Shown here in pieces: positions 49,030-61,952 of a DNA stretch of 64,000 nucleotides. How positions within the stretch are numbered: the stretch's first letter is position 1; the number at the start of each line of letters is the position of its first letter. Below the pieces are notes generated by a model. That model did not search any database, was not told the origin of the DNA, and was given only the letters and a program-made list of their open reading frames with translations. Location of the stretch: positions 930,001 to 994,000 of the forward strand of contig NC_092672.1 in assembly GCF_964355755.1 (NCBI RefSeq). Reading direction: 5' to 3'. Both the position numbers and the translations under genes were made by a program. The stretch comes from Antedon mediterranea. Taxonomy: Eukaryota > Animalia > Echinodermata.

Positions 49030-49962
49030 CTAAGATTTCTCTGGCATAGTAATTTCACACGTATCAGTAAAAGGAATTTTTGCAGTAACTGGTATGTACT
49101 CCGCTTGCGCAACAACGTCACGCTCTCGCTCGCATTGAAACGGATGATATAATTTCATTGTTGAAGTATAGATGATGTAAGCGAGCGTAATTCCAGCAAG
49201 ACCGTCCACGAGGTAGTGATGACACGTGTACATGCTGGCCCACACAATCCAACAAACATGAAACACACCGAATCGGTAACCAAACCACGGTCGAAATAAC
49301 ATAACAACTGCCGGCCATGCCACATGCAGACTGGGAAATGCACCAAATGTTACTTTTGATTTACCGTACAAGTTATGAAATAACGGATATCCAAGCATGG
49401 CGTCAACTCGCTTAAAACCAGCCTCATTGTCAGCTACGGATATAATATTTCCATTTGCGTCATATTGTACAGAGTCTACAAACCAAGGGGAGGCTGTCGG
49501 GCTGACAAGCTGAACAAGAACAGCGATAAAGTTCACCCAACCAGCTACCCACAGATACAACGGTACTTCATGTCGCCTTCCAACGTATATCAAGTATAGA
49601 GAAAATACCAACGGCAGTATAAAATGGAACAAGTATGGAATGGCCGCAATAAAATCTAAAACTGGTGAGGTATGACTTGACAGGATCTTATGTGGGTAAC
49701 AATGAAATAAGGAGTGTTCGAGCCACGGAAGAAACGCTGTACTCACATGCTTCTCGTCTAAGCCTAAAAGTTTTTGCAAATCGTGATAAAAGGTGAATGT
49801 GATGAGATAAGCACCAAAAGGTATAAACGCAAGCAGGATCTTGCCGAGGAGTGGCGTGCGCCTAGCCCCGGTAAACCCGCAGTGGACAACCGGAGCCGTC
49901 TTTACAAAGTTTGTGACTTTCGACACGGCAGTGCCCTGTGTCCAGTGGATTCTTGGTGCCAT
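49030..49962 (-). CDS. AUR1-like: Aur1/Ipt1-like inositol phosphorylceramide synthase family protein (PAP2/lipid phosphate phosphatase superfamily), 310 aa, multi-pass membrane, single coding exon
   Basis: Uninterrupted ORF with several hydrophobic helices and Aur1-type motifs PTASPW, AGFKRVD, FGAFPSLH (catalytic His) and WASMYTCHHYLVD (catalytic His/Asp). Confidence 0.88.
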   Translation of the reverse strand: MAPRIHWTQGTAVSKVTNFVKTAPVVHCGFTGARRTPLLGKILLAFIPFGAYLITFTFYHDLQKLLGLDEKHVSTAFLPWLEHSLFHCYPHKILSSHTSPVLDFIAAIPYLFHFILPLVFSLYLIYVGRRHEVPLYLWVAGWVNFIAVLVQLVSPTASPWFVDSVQYDANGNIISVADNEAGFKRVDAMLGYPLFHNLYGKSKVTFGAFPSLHVAWPAVVMLFRPWFGYRFGVFHVCWIVWASMYTCHHYLVDGLAGITLAYIIYTSTMKLYHPFQCERERDVVAQAEYIPVTAKIPFTDTCEITMPEKS

Positions 49963-51240
49963 AATATTACTTTGGAATAATCACTTAGAAAACTGGAAAA
50001 AAAAAATGTAAAAATATATGTTAAAAAATAAATAATAAAATTAATCAACTATTTTACTGGACCATTGCACAGTAAATTTTGTTTCCAGGCTGGAATAAAA
50101 AATGATTATTATGTATTTAAGCACTCAGTAATAAGTTATAAAATATAAAATTGTAGGGAATATGTAACTTCAACAGGGTAAAGTATGCCATTATTGTAAC
50201 TGTATAAATACCAACTTATTATTAGTACAATATAGCGTATAGTATATGACATTACAGTATTGCACTGTCTACATAGACCAACATATTAGTACAATAGTTC
50301 TCACCGAATGACCTCAAAAATTCCGGTTATCAATTGTGCAAACAATAGTGTTAAACAAATATGCTTTTCATTTATACTGTACAGTGTATTACAGTAATGT
50401 CAGCTTAAAGAATTTCACAATACAGTAGTAAGTTTCAGGGAGGCTTCCCCGACACACAAATTCTAGGTCCAGGTGAGACCCATGACACATTATGCGTAGC
50501 TCCTACAGTACAGTAGGTCTTGCGAATCGGAATGTCTTGAGAATTACCGTAAGTGCCAGAGACTAGCACTTTAATTAATAAATTTGGTCAATTATTCTTT
50601 CAACCATGACCTAATCAGATACAATTGTGGTAACGGTAGTACAGTAGTTCAATCAATCTATGGTGAACTACAATAGGGTTTTATTAGAAATATTATAATA
50701 ATAAAGGAGAATTATATTATTTTATGAATCACAAGAAAATATAATGAAGGACTGAATTGGCAAGATTTTAAACTAGTTGTCATGGTTGCAACTGAAGGTC
50801 AAGTGAATTCAAAGAAGAGATTATTAAAATTTAAAGAAAAGATTTTTGAACAGGACAAGGATTTAAAAAAGACTACGCCTCCACATGTTGGCAAAAATGT
50901 CAAATATTCATGACAATACAATCAGAATAAAATTACTAATATTTTTCAATTTTTCAAAGAATTTCAAAAGAAATTTACAAAACATTATCTTTAAAGCTTG
51001 GTTCCCACTTAAGATGCAACATATGGACAACGTTAGAATCACAAGTCACAAGTGACAGTGTGGATGATCCATCACATGATTGCTCAAATGACATTGCATC
51101 TTTCCAACGTCTATTTAGGCTTAGTTACCCTGTGGTTAAGTTGATTCCTGCCCACTAAAGCGAGTGTGCCTCACATGGCACCAACTTAACCTGGAAAATA
51201 CAGTAACTAAACTGAACAGGATCCTAGGACAACAAACTTA

Positions 51241-51379
51241 AGCTCTGTCTACACTATCAAACTTTATTGTGACAAAATAACTTGATGTGCCCATATGGAC
51301 ACGATGATGTCGTATCACTACCATATTTGAGAACATCACACTTTTTTTGTCAAACTAGTTTGATAGTGTGGACAGAGCT
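51241..51379. mobile_element. PIF/Harbinger MITE family A
   Basis: Near-perfect TIRs AGCTCTGTCTACACTATCAAACT, TTA TSD. Confidence 0.85.
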
Positions 51380-52820
51380 TTAGATAAGTTTCTGTAAATT
51401 TGTTATGTGAAGCGTCGCTGATTACATAAGCTATCATAGAAATGAGCGAGCGTTATACAGATGTTAATGAAAGAGATGATCTATCCCTGGTAGACAGTAA
51501 TCATGTATTATTGAAACAATACAAGTCATGGGTCAAAGTGTAACCATGGAGAAATAATCATGTGGTGTATCCATCTGATCTATTGCGCAATATCCATTTG
51601 TTTCCTTTAATGAATTAAATATCAAATAAAACATCAAGTCAGTGAAATCTGAAAACCAACTGACATGTTGCAATATTTAAAAGCTGATTTGATTAGCAGA
51701 AGTAACAATATAAAGATATCATGAGATTGTAGTATTATCAATATTGCATACAGATATAACCTTAGTCTTTGGTACTCACTTATCAATCTAGAATGTACTG
51801 TATTGGTATCCTATTTATCATTCTGTAAGTTTGAACTTACTGTAGGTTTGATGGTTTAAATTCTAATTAGCATGCAATGACCTATGAACCCAAATCATTA
51901 ATGCAAGAAGTCCTTATTGTTTGCAATTTCACACCTTCTTTGATTTCTAATATAAATACCCTTTGACAGTTGGTGCAAGAATACAAAGCAGGATTTCCTA
52001 TTGTGTTAGGGAAGCCAAGCTTAGTCTGTGATGAAATCAGTTTGCACTTCATTATTGTACAAAAATGCTTGTCATCCAAATTTTAAGAAGATGGTTTGGG
52101 GCAGGGTATCCATACAGTTATTAAAAAAAAAGAAACAAATTGTTTGGTGGAGTTACACAAGATTATCATAAAGATACACACCAGACCAAAGATGGGTGTG
52201 GCCTTACTGATACTATCATGGTCAGTGACGTAAATGTATTTTGAACTCCAAATTACAAGGATGACCTGTTGCCAAACGATACAGTTGCAGCCGCCGCTCA
52301 TTTCAAGCCAACTGGACCAGATCGTCTTAAAAAATACACTGTTTTATTTATATTTAGTGCAGTACATGGTGATGGCTTAATTGATCATCATTTAAAACTT
52401 ACTATTTTGACATTGAATTGTGGTAAATTACATGTTTTGTGGGCGGCGTCTAAACTTGCCGATAGATCAACTATGCTATATTATATATATAAATAAACTG
52501 ACCTCCCCTATTTTAGCACAGGGCCCACGCTAGGCCCAGCTTTCTAGAAAGGAGGCCTAACTAATTAATTCAAATATACAAAGTACTAGAAGATATACTT
52601 TATTTGGTTGTAAACAGCTACTTAGTATAGTATGGTGGACACCCAAACAACAAGTATAAGGGGTAGGCCTACTACTCTAAGCGGCTGGGCGCGGTATTCC
52701 TCTTTACCCACCCATGATCGATGATGTTGAGACTAACTAAGAGCGGGAAGGCTAGCCTAGCCTAGCTAGAGGTAGGCTAATAGAATTAGCGATGGAAAGA
52801 CAATATAAACCAAACCTTAC

Positions 52821-52950
52821 CTGTTATGTTAATTGAAACAATAATAAACAGAAATTAACACATTTATATTGTGGTTCAGTCCATGATTATTTTAGTTTTC
52901 GCTACTGTTGTTGAATTTAAGGGCAATAAATATACGTAGCGGCCGTACAC
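52821..52950 (-). other. Probable 5' non-coding exon of the Aur1-like gene (intron ~49993-52820)
   Basis: Strong donor CAG|GTAAGG at 52821/52820. Poly-T acceptor (ttttttccAG at 49993-49994) lies about 30 nt upstream of the ATG. The 5' limit is approximate. Confidence 0.5.
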
Positions 52951-53001
52951 ACACATCAACTGTTTTTGCATCATTACAAAACTCAGCCCTTCGGGATTAG
53001 T

Positions 53002-53012
53002 GGGGGCGTGGC
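53002..53012. promoter_or_regulatory. GC/GT box (Sp/KLF-type site) upstream of the putative first exon of the Aur1-like gene
   Basis: GGGGGCGTGGC in otherwise AT-rich DNA, just upstream of the putative exon. Confidence 0.35.
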
Positions 53013-55000
53013 TGTCAGAATTCACAAAATCGGATCCACTGAAGAGTTATTCTAAAATTGTAGGTCTAAATTATGAATTGCGCGTCTGGGCTTATTTTAT
53101 TAGTAACACATAACAGAATATAATAAATAACAAAATAAATCTATGCACAATAGTTGAATTAAATTTGTTTGTTCGGTTCTTTCCCCCTGTGTAGCCAGTG
53201 CTGGGCCAGCAGCATATTTTGTACTCGATCAGTTTCCTTTCTGAGTTTACCGCAGCTTTCATTTACAAATAAACAATCTCATTTTTTTAAACTTAGGCCT
53301 GTTTTTATATGTACTAAAATATTGAGTTGATTTGAAGGATCACAAAGTTAGTTATCAACATTCAAGATTCTTTCATCCGGGCCTAGAAATTTGACTTTCC
53401 CTTTTTAGCACTAAAACAATACATTGTTTTTAAAACCAACATGAAAGTCATTGAAATATATAAACTGAACATTACATTTAATATTAAGAATCGAAAAACG
53501 AAATCTAAAAATAACAATACTACCGCGTCACCCAACTATTAAATACATCACATCGCACAATCTCAAAATAAAAACTTCTGAGTAATTTGCCGCGTCAACA
53601 AAAAAAAAACCACTTCTGGGCTCAATTGGTACAACAACGTGGTACCCCAGACTTAGTGTGTTTAATATGCGTACTCGCCTCCTGGAACGATTTCTCCATG
53701 ACAACCAGGAACTGAAGGAAGAGAACCACTCGCAACAATAAAATGACTGAATTTTAATCCAACATTATTCTACGTTCAAGATATATATGGCTGCAGTCGC
53801 GTGCTCAAATTTGAGTGTTTATCGACCGACCAACCGACCACGGTCCGACATAGTGAGTAGGGTCGCATTTGCACGCGACTAAAAATTAAGTTTATTAATA
53901 AATCTGACTCTATAGGACATTTTGCAGTCCAAAAAGCCATTGTCTGAAAATGTGACTATTTTCAGGTAAATAGTAATTTTTAAAGTGAATAAAGATTATA
54001 TAAAATTAAAATGGCATATTCAACACTAAAATTATTGTTTTTGTTGACAATATCTACCTTCTTGAGAATAATAGTAATACCAATATATATAATGTTTTAC
54101 ACCTCCATTCAATTTTTATTTAGTGTTATTGATTAATTTTGTTAAAATATTTATTTAAAAATCAGGGTTCGTCGTACTTATCCAAACTTCGGAGTCCATT
54201 AGGAAAACGAGCCCTATTTAGCGTGAGCTTTTGCCTCTGGCATCTTACTTGTTTATTTTTGCCTAAAGCCAGTCATTAATGTCTTAGTCAATTAATAAAT
54301 CACGTAACACCTTGTTCATCTTCCAGGCTCAGCCTTCCTTGCTTCTGATTGGCTGCAATGCACAGCCTATTTAGGAATTGGTCACTCATTGTATTTAGAA
54401 ACCACCATTATACCATGGGTAAATTTTTTGCACACAAAATTAAAGAATGCAAGTGGCCTTGTGGTTAGCAAGGTCAGTTCTAATCTAACAGCAGGGAGCC
54501 AAAGAATGAACTGTAGAGATGAGTTTAAATTAAAAATGTGTGTTTTGTGCACCCTGACTAAAATCGCTGGAAAAGCAAAAACTTTTGTTTTGAAATTAAA
54601 ACTATATTTATAAACTATTTCATGTTCTTCAGCTGAGATCTCAAAATGATCTCTATGGATTTGCCACCCCTCTAATATTAAATATATAGGCCTAGAGTAC
54701 AGTAATACTATTTCAAATTATAAGCAAACAATTAAATACTGTATTTTATAATCATATTTTATATAATAGTTACTTTATGTCTCAATTATAAACCCCTTTT
54801 CTTGAGTATACCCCAATTGTATGCACATTTATGGAGGAAATATATATTTATGTTTTTCTCAATACATAATTTCAGTTTTTATTACACATTAATGTGACAT
54901 TTGTTTGTCTAAGTTGTGTGAAGTAATGATACCAAAAATGTTAACTCTTAATTTGTAACTCCTGAATTGTAATCAATAGATTAGGTCTAAGTAAATATTA

Positions 55001-55844
55001 AACAAGGCCAACAGCCATTAAGTCGCGTGCTACAATGCATAGTGATACCGGACCGACAGACAGACCGACAGACCGACAGACAGACCGACAGACCGACAGA
55101 CAGACAGACAGAGAGACCGACCGACCGACATAATGAACTATACTGACCGAAATTACTGAACATGTTTAAAAATGTTGAAATGTTTAAAAACATTTATTTT
55201 TTTTAATTTACACGTGCGTAGCCTGTCACTTTCGACGTGCTCGTATAACGTAATTTCGAGTTGAAAAGTAAGTCAAGAAAACAGAAATCGGGCAAAAAGA
55301 GTGCGCAATAACATTTAACGCGCAGTGCGCGCGCAAAAATATGCGCACTCATGGCAATTTTGTAAACGCTTAAAATTGCCTGAAATGTACTCTTATTTCA
55401 TCGAAAATAAATTTTGAAAATGTTAAGCGCGCGTACGCATGCGTTACATGCGCTACGCACGTAATTGTATTGCCATATGATGATATTTTATGCCCTGAAA
55501 TTTATGAGTACCAAATTTTATTTAATTGTGATTCATGGTTGTGAAGATATGATTACAAACGTGATTTCGTTAAATCGTGCGTAGATCGCGTAATTTTTTA
55601 TTGCGCACCGTAAAAACATAACCACATTGATTCCTGGCCATAAGGAATATACTGTGTAAAATTGACCTAGCTAGATTAAACTGATATCAAGATAAGGTCA
55701 GAAAGCGATAAAACGCATAGTGATAACGGACCGACAGACAGACAGACAGACCGACAGACAGACCGACAGACAGACCGACAGACAGACAGACAGACCGACC
55801 GACCGACATAGTGAACTATAGAGTCGCTTCCACGCGACTAAAAA
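55001..55844 (-). mobile_element. Helentron-associated (HINE/DINE-1-like) non-autonomous element, copy 1
   Basis: Subterminal inverted repeats AGTCGCGTG/CACGCGACT, terminal hairpin, (GACA/GACC)n microsatellites and A-run flanks. Confidence 0.65.
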
Positions 55845-56079
55845 TGGTTGTTAATGTTACAGATGGAACATTTTTGTTATAGGCCAGGATATCATTATTT
55901 TAACGATTAACTAAAAAATCAGATACTGTAATTAATACACTGAATAAAATCTGTATGTGCATGTTATATATTTATTTTAATTTGAAAATTAACAATTGCC
56001 ATGTAAACATATATTATGGGCCTAATTTGAATGAAATTTTATAGAGTATATATTCTTAAAAAATTCCTGTCCGTTAAAA

Positions 56080-56616
56080 AACAAGGCCAACAGCCATTAA
56101 GTCGCGTGCTACAATGCATAGTGATACCGGACCGACCGACAGACAGACCGACATAGTGAACTATACTGATCGAAATTACTGAACATGTGTAAAAATGTTG
56201 AAATGTTTAAAAACATTTATATTTTTTTAATTTACACGTGCGTAGCCTGTCACTTTTGACGTGCTCATATAACGTAATTTCTAGTTGAAAAGTAAGTCAA
56301 GAAAACAGAAATCGGGCAAAAAGAGTGCGCAATAACATTTAATGCGCAGTGCGCGCGCAAAAATTTGATTACAAACGTGATTTCGTTAAATCGTACGTAG
56401 ACCGCGTAATTTTTTATTGCGCACCGTGAAAACATAACCACATCGATTCCTGGCCATAAGGAATATACTGTGAAAAATTGACTTAGCTAGATTAAACTGA
56501 TATCAAGATAAGGTCAGAAAGCGATAACATGCATAGTGATACCGGACCGACAGACAGACAGACCGACAGACTGACCGACATAGTGAACTATAGAGTCGCG
56601 TCCACGCGACTAAAAA
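56080..56616 (-). mobile_element. HINE/DINE-1-like element, copy 2 (internal deletion)
   Basis: Near-identical to 55001-55844 but lacking ~200 bp internally; fragments also at ~6370-6460 and ~53790-53885. Confidence 0.65.
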
Positions 56617-56767
56617 TGTGAACCTGCATAATGCGATAAAGTATTGTTGGCACATATATTAAATCCCGTCACAGTATATCTTGTATCCTTTAACATTTGG
56701 AATGAGTTGGTGCATGGTAAGATATAGGAATATGGATTATGAAGGGGATGAAAAAATGTGAAAAAGA

Positions 56768-57620
56768 TAGCACAATTTCTCAAATAGGTATACCGTACGT
56801 ACAATTTCTCAAAGAGGTAGCACAACTTCCGGAATGGATTGCACAATTTCTCAAAAAAAGAGGTAGCACAATTTCCCGAATGGTTAGCACAATTTCCCGA
56901 ATGGTTAGCACAATTTCTCAAAGAGGTAGCACAATTTCCCGAATGGTTAGCACAATGTCTCAAAGAGGTAGCACAATTTCCCAAATGGTTAGCACAATTT
57001 CCCAAATGATTAGCACAATTTCTCAAAGAGGTAGCACAATTTCCCGAATGGTTAGCACAATTTCTCAAAGAGGTAGCACAATTTCCCGAATGGTTAGCAC
57101 AATTTCTCAAAGAGGTAGCACAATTTCCCAAATGGCTAGCACAATTTCTCAAAGAGGTAGCACAATTTCCCGAATGGTTAGCACAATTGCTCAAAGAGGT
57201 AGCACAAAATCTCCCGAATGGATTGCATAATTTCTCAAAGAGGTAGCACAATTTCCGAAATGGATTGCACAATTTCTCAAAGAGGTAGCACAATTTCCCG
57301 AATGGTTAGCACAATTTCTCAAAGAGGTAGCACAATTTCCCGAATGGGTAGCACAATTTCTCGAATGGTTAGCACAATTTCTCAAAGAGGTAGCACAATT
57401 TCCCGAATGGTTAGCACAATTTCTCAAAGAGGTAGCACAATTTCCCGAATGGGTAGCACAATTTCTCAAAGAGGTAGCACAATTTCCCGAATGGTTAGCA
57501 CAATTATTTCTCAAAAAGGTAGCACAATTTCCTGAATGTTGCATATTGCACAATTTCTCAAAGAGGAGCACAATTTTTTTAATGGATTGCACACTTTCTC
57601 AAATGTAGGTAGCACAATAT
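56768..57620. repeat. 21-bp minisatellite with two alternating variants (42-bp higher-order unit)
   Basis: TAGCACAATTTCTCAAAGAGG and TAGCACAATTTCCCGAATGGT units. Confidence 0.93.
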
Positions 57621-60600
57621 TTTGTGATTGTATGACCACAATTGTACTGGGAAGGTTTTAAACTATATTTTAAAAAATCACAGTGTGCAGAGGTTAGAGG
57701 GGTTGGAGGCTTAGTGATTTGCTGGGGTTAGTATCAATGACCACATGAGTAATGTGAACTGGGGGTATGTTTTAACTGCATTTGAAAACCGTCATAGAGC
57801 CGGGGTTAGAATTTGTACCAGGAAGTTTTACATTATAAGTCAGCCCGAGTCTGATGTGATGGTGTACCTCTTGACATCCCTACCAAATCCCATCGCACCA
57901 TCCCAGTTTATTTCAGAATCAATTTGTAGTAGGCTATGTATTTCATTGGTAAATTAATAAAATTAAAATTATTCAATTGTAATTGGTTGATCGCTTGACT
58001 ACTCAATTTAAGGTTGAACTTTGTAGCTCCCCATACAATGTTGTTAAAATGTACAAAATCGAAAAGGAAACATGGAAATAAAGGCTTACTTAAATAATTA
58101 TAAGGCGTGAAAAGGCTATTATATAAATATTCATTTATTTCATGAAATCAAACTATTACCTAATCATTAAAACATGCTGTAACTGAAACCTGATGCTGTC
58201 GGTGATTGGCTGTTGGCAAACAAAGTGGGCTTGGCCTCTTTTAGTACCCAGATACTTTCCTGCATGATTGATGGCCACTGTTCTGTTAATTACCCATCAA
58301 CAAGACTGATCAGGGTCAAAACAATTACAGGCAATTATAGTACCCCGGGTTAGCCGGGGTACTAAAAGCTCACGTTAAATAGGGCTCGTTTTCCTAATGC
58401 AGTAGCGTGATGTAAGGTGGATCCGATTCTATTCTAAAGAAATCAATAAAAAACCCACATTAAGCACGTGAGAATTTGTACATTGAGGGCGTTTCGTTCA
58501 ATATGAGTTTTGTAAATACAAGTTTGTCGCCCTCTATACCACAAATCGTAATTATTCGTTTACTCGAAACATGAATGATATTATAATTATGCTGTTTCGA
58601 GATACCGCCCGAGATACGGCATGTTTTAATCCATGCTCGAACTTTTCCGCTGCGTAAAAAAAATATTTATAAATCACAATGCATCTTGGGATTACAACTA
58701 GATAAATTAGGAATGTGTTGAGAGCTAGAAAGAGAAAGTTTAACAGTTTTATTCTGCAATCATTAACGATATTCCGCTGATATCATGAATTCCGATGTGA
58801 AATGATATTTTGTAAACTCAGTTTATGTTGAATTGTGATTTGTTTCTCTGTTATCGTTTATCGTTTGATACTTTCTTTTCTCTAAATAATTCGAGCCAGT
58901 TGAATGTTTACCATTACGACATCACCACTCCGGGGAGTAATTTGTCTGTAGTGTAAAATAATTATACACTATGCAAGGCGATCTAAGGACACTGAGTTCG
59001 CCTAGTCAAGATAGGAACTCGTAACAGTCCTTTTATCTTATGTCTGGCTGCGACAAATACCAACAATACTGTACAATGTAGGCCTAATTCTTCTCCGCGG
59101 CCCGCGGTTTCTCCTATGGGTGAGGAACTTATCCGCATGTCGCAATGACAGATAAACCCTTTGATATCCGGAGCTTAGCATCCTATTGTTAGAATGCCTT
59201 GCACTATGGTACTAATTTTAAGTTGACGACTACCCGCATACTTTTCACATGATTCTAAGCCAATGCGTCACGACGATAGAAACGAAAGTATCTACGTAAC
59301 GCGACGATGTTGGTAATACTCGATTGTACGTCAATTGGAATCATGTGACATTGGAGAGAAGGCTCCTAATGTCACTATGTTAATTTTAGGCCCTACACCC
59401 CTCCTACTCCCTCCACAACATCATCGAAAAGTGCGAGGCGTACGGTAGCTTGCAGAAGTTTGACTGTTTTTGTTAGCAGACAGAGACGCGCCCAAAATGT
59501 ATACATACATAAGTCTTATTTACATTATTATTTGGATCTTACAGTAATCATATGAATATCAAAATAACAAGAATCCTCTATTGTTGATGAAAACGAAACC
59601 AGACGCGCGACCACATACTTTCATTTCATCATTTTTTCAGCGTGAATAATTCCAGATATTTACCCTTTCATTGGCGGCAAATAAACATAATTAAATTAAT
59701 TGTTTTCAGTTTCTTTTGAAATACCACTGCGTCACGCGTAGACGACCTATAATGTAATTATTATTGTTTAAGCTTGGTTGGACGCACGCAAAAATGTGAG
59801 CGTAACGTAAATAATTTGATCAACCATACATATTATCCAAATCCTGGCTTGTGATTGGTCAACTCACTTGCGTTGCTTGTACATCGCATGCTCAGTGGTA
59901 GGCCTACATTGCATGGCGAATTAGTTAAAGTTAATTTTGACGAATAAAACAATAGCGGTTATCGATATTCATAATAATAATAATATTTTTCGTAATATTG
60001 TTTGAGAAAGCAACATTATTAATGTCTGCCGCTGTTATGAAAGAGTTTTCCGAATCAATCAATATTATTATTAATTGATTAATATTTATAGTTTCTACGA
60101 ATAAAACAATCGGTTTGTGATATTCTTACCAACAATTAAACAATCGGTTTGTGATATTCTTACTAACAATTAAACAATCGGTAATATTTGTTAAACAACT
60201 TCGTTGGAATACTACAAGCAAATCAACACAAAGAAATATTTCTTGTTGTATTACTCTAACGATGATTAAAAAAAGACATAGATGTTTAATGTGCGTTCAC
60301 TCCTATACATGTTTAGGATCCGGTTTAGGAACCGGATTAGCAAGGCGGACATTAAACCAGGGAAGAGGTAATTTAACTCTTCCCTGATTAAACCAGGTTA
60401 CGTGCGTTCAACCATGGATCATTGATGTTTCCCGCGAATTATGACGTATGAAATGTTACTGAATGTTTCCCCTAATAGGCTTAAAATGTATTAATTAGTT
60501 TTACCAAAATAAAAAAAAAATATTTAAATAATTTTCTCATTTTACTTATTTGTTGTGTTTTTAAGATTTTGTTGCTGTGTATACTTTATTAACATTTTTA

Positions 60601-60709
60601 ATTTGACAAAAAGGAATAAAAAGAATGTAAACGTTTAAAAATATTTAAAAACACTATACACTTCTAATGCTTGTTTACGGTTTATTTAAATAAGTAAATT
60701 ACACAGTAA

Positions 60710-60919
60710 AGCGTGGTTCCCACTAGCGACGAAACGCAACGCTATGACGTATTGACGCAAAGTGCTGTTGCGTAATCACAAGTGGGAACTGACGATGCAA
60801 CAGTGCTGTAAAGTCACAGGTTTGATTTCACGCAGGCGGGGGCAAACACACTTATTGAAAGGACATATTCTTACGTTGCGTAGGTTGCGTTACTTTACGT
60901 CGCTACTGGGAACCAAGCT
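60710..60919. mobile_element. MITE family B (PIF/Harbinger-like)
   Basis: TIR AGCGTGGTTCCCACTAGCGACG / CGTCGCTACTGGGAACCAAGCT; TAA TSD. Confidence 0.82.
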
Positions 60920-61859
60920 TAATACATATTGTATGATATACATAAAAAAGTAGGCCTTGTATTAATACCGAAAAGTCAGACAAACAACATTTGTACTTCC
61001 TTTTAGTAAACAGAAAATATCTGTGGTCATGTTACAAGAGTTAAAACAATAATCGATTATTTATCTGATAAAAAACTCCTAGAAAGTAGGAAGCTGTTGG
61101 CGATTTTCCCTTGACTGTATACACTCCGCAAACATTGGGCCTACACTACGGTACTATTGTTTAATGACCGCACTAGACATATTGTACTTTTTTCATATTT
61201 TTTTACGATTGTATAAAACATTTAGAAAAAACAAGCAGGATGATACATTATTTACCAATTTGTGGTTCATGTCAGTTAAACTATTTTTAAACTTTAAGTA
61301 CAATGCTTAGTGCGTCTACCATTGTGTACGGCCATTGGCCCCACAAGGCAACTTACAAGTACAATGCTTAGTGCGTCTACCATTGTGTATGCCCATTGGC
61401 CCAACAAAGCAAATCGTACTTCGTTGTACGGTATCGGTTTTTAGACAAAACACAAACAATAAACCATAAACCACCATAAGCCATACTTCTTATATTTACA
61501 CACAGTACTACGTAAATCACTATACTACATAAGCCTATGTCTCGTAATTTAAAACATTCAATTTTCAACAGTCAATAAAACGCAGAGCAAAATCAATAGA
61601 TATTATTTTAACAATATTTGCATACATAAGAGAAAGAAGCTGGGTCCTCATTTTTAATCATATTTACTGTTAATTTTTATTTACTATGAAATTATAAGAT
61701 AAATAAATGTTACTTTGATTGATTGATTGATTGATTGATTGATGACTTATTAGAACGCAAAAAAAATGGATTTACGTACGTAAGCGCAACGCAAAGATTT
61801 GACAAATCACAAACGATTCAGAACCGTAAACGGGTCCAAGTGGGAATTAAGTACTAATG

Positions 61860-61885
61860 TGACGTCATTAGCATAGGCCTATAAA
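61860..61885 (+). promoter_or_regulatory. CRE (TGACGTCA) plus TATA box upstream of the second CYP
   Basis: TGACGTCA at 61860-61867 and TATAAA at 61880-61885, about 70 bp upstream of the ATG. Confidence 0.55.
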
Positions 61886-61952
61886 CATTCGTGGTTCATT
61901 GATTTTATCATACTGCTCGCGGTCCTCGTCGTCGTCGTAACATCAATACAGT

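Larger units (their letters stand above)
54197..58399. mobile_element. ~4.2-kb region bounded by 36-bp inverted repeats; probable non-autonomous DNA transposon enlarged by nested insertions
   Basis: CATTAGGAAAACGAGCCCTATTTAGCGTGAGCTTTT at 54197 and its reverse complement (1 mismatch) at 58364-58399; no clear TSD. Confidence 0.6.

Noticed and set aside
49030-49962. Fungal contamination as the source of the Aur1-like ORF
   Set aside because: Contiguous with host-like AT-rich DNA and flanked on both sides by the same MITE family found in the NOS introns; read-level confirmation is still advisable.
56610-57592. Cys-rich repeat ORFs (NCATSLR/NCANHSG) resembling antifreeze or metal-binding proteins
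   Set aside because: Translation of a 21-bp minisatellite with frameshifts, open on both strands; no signal peptide or splice context.
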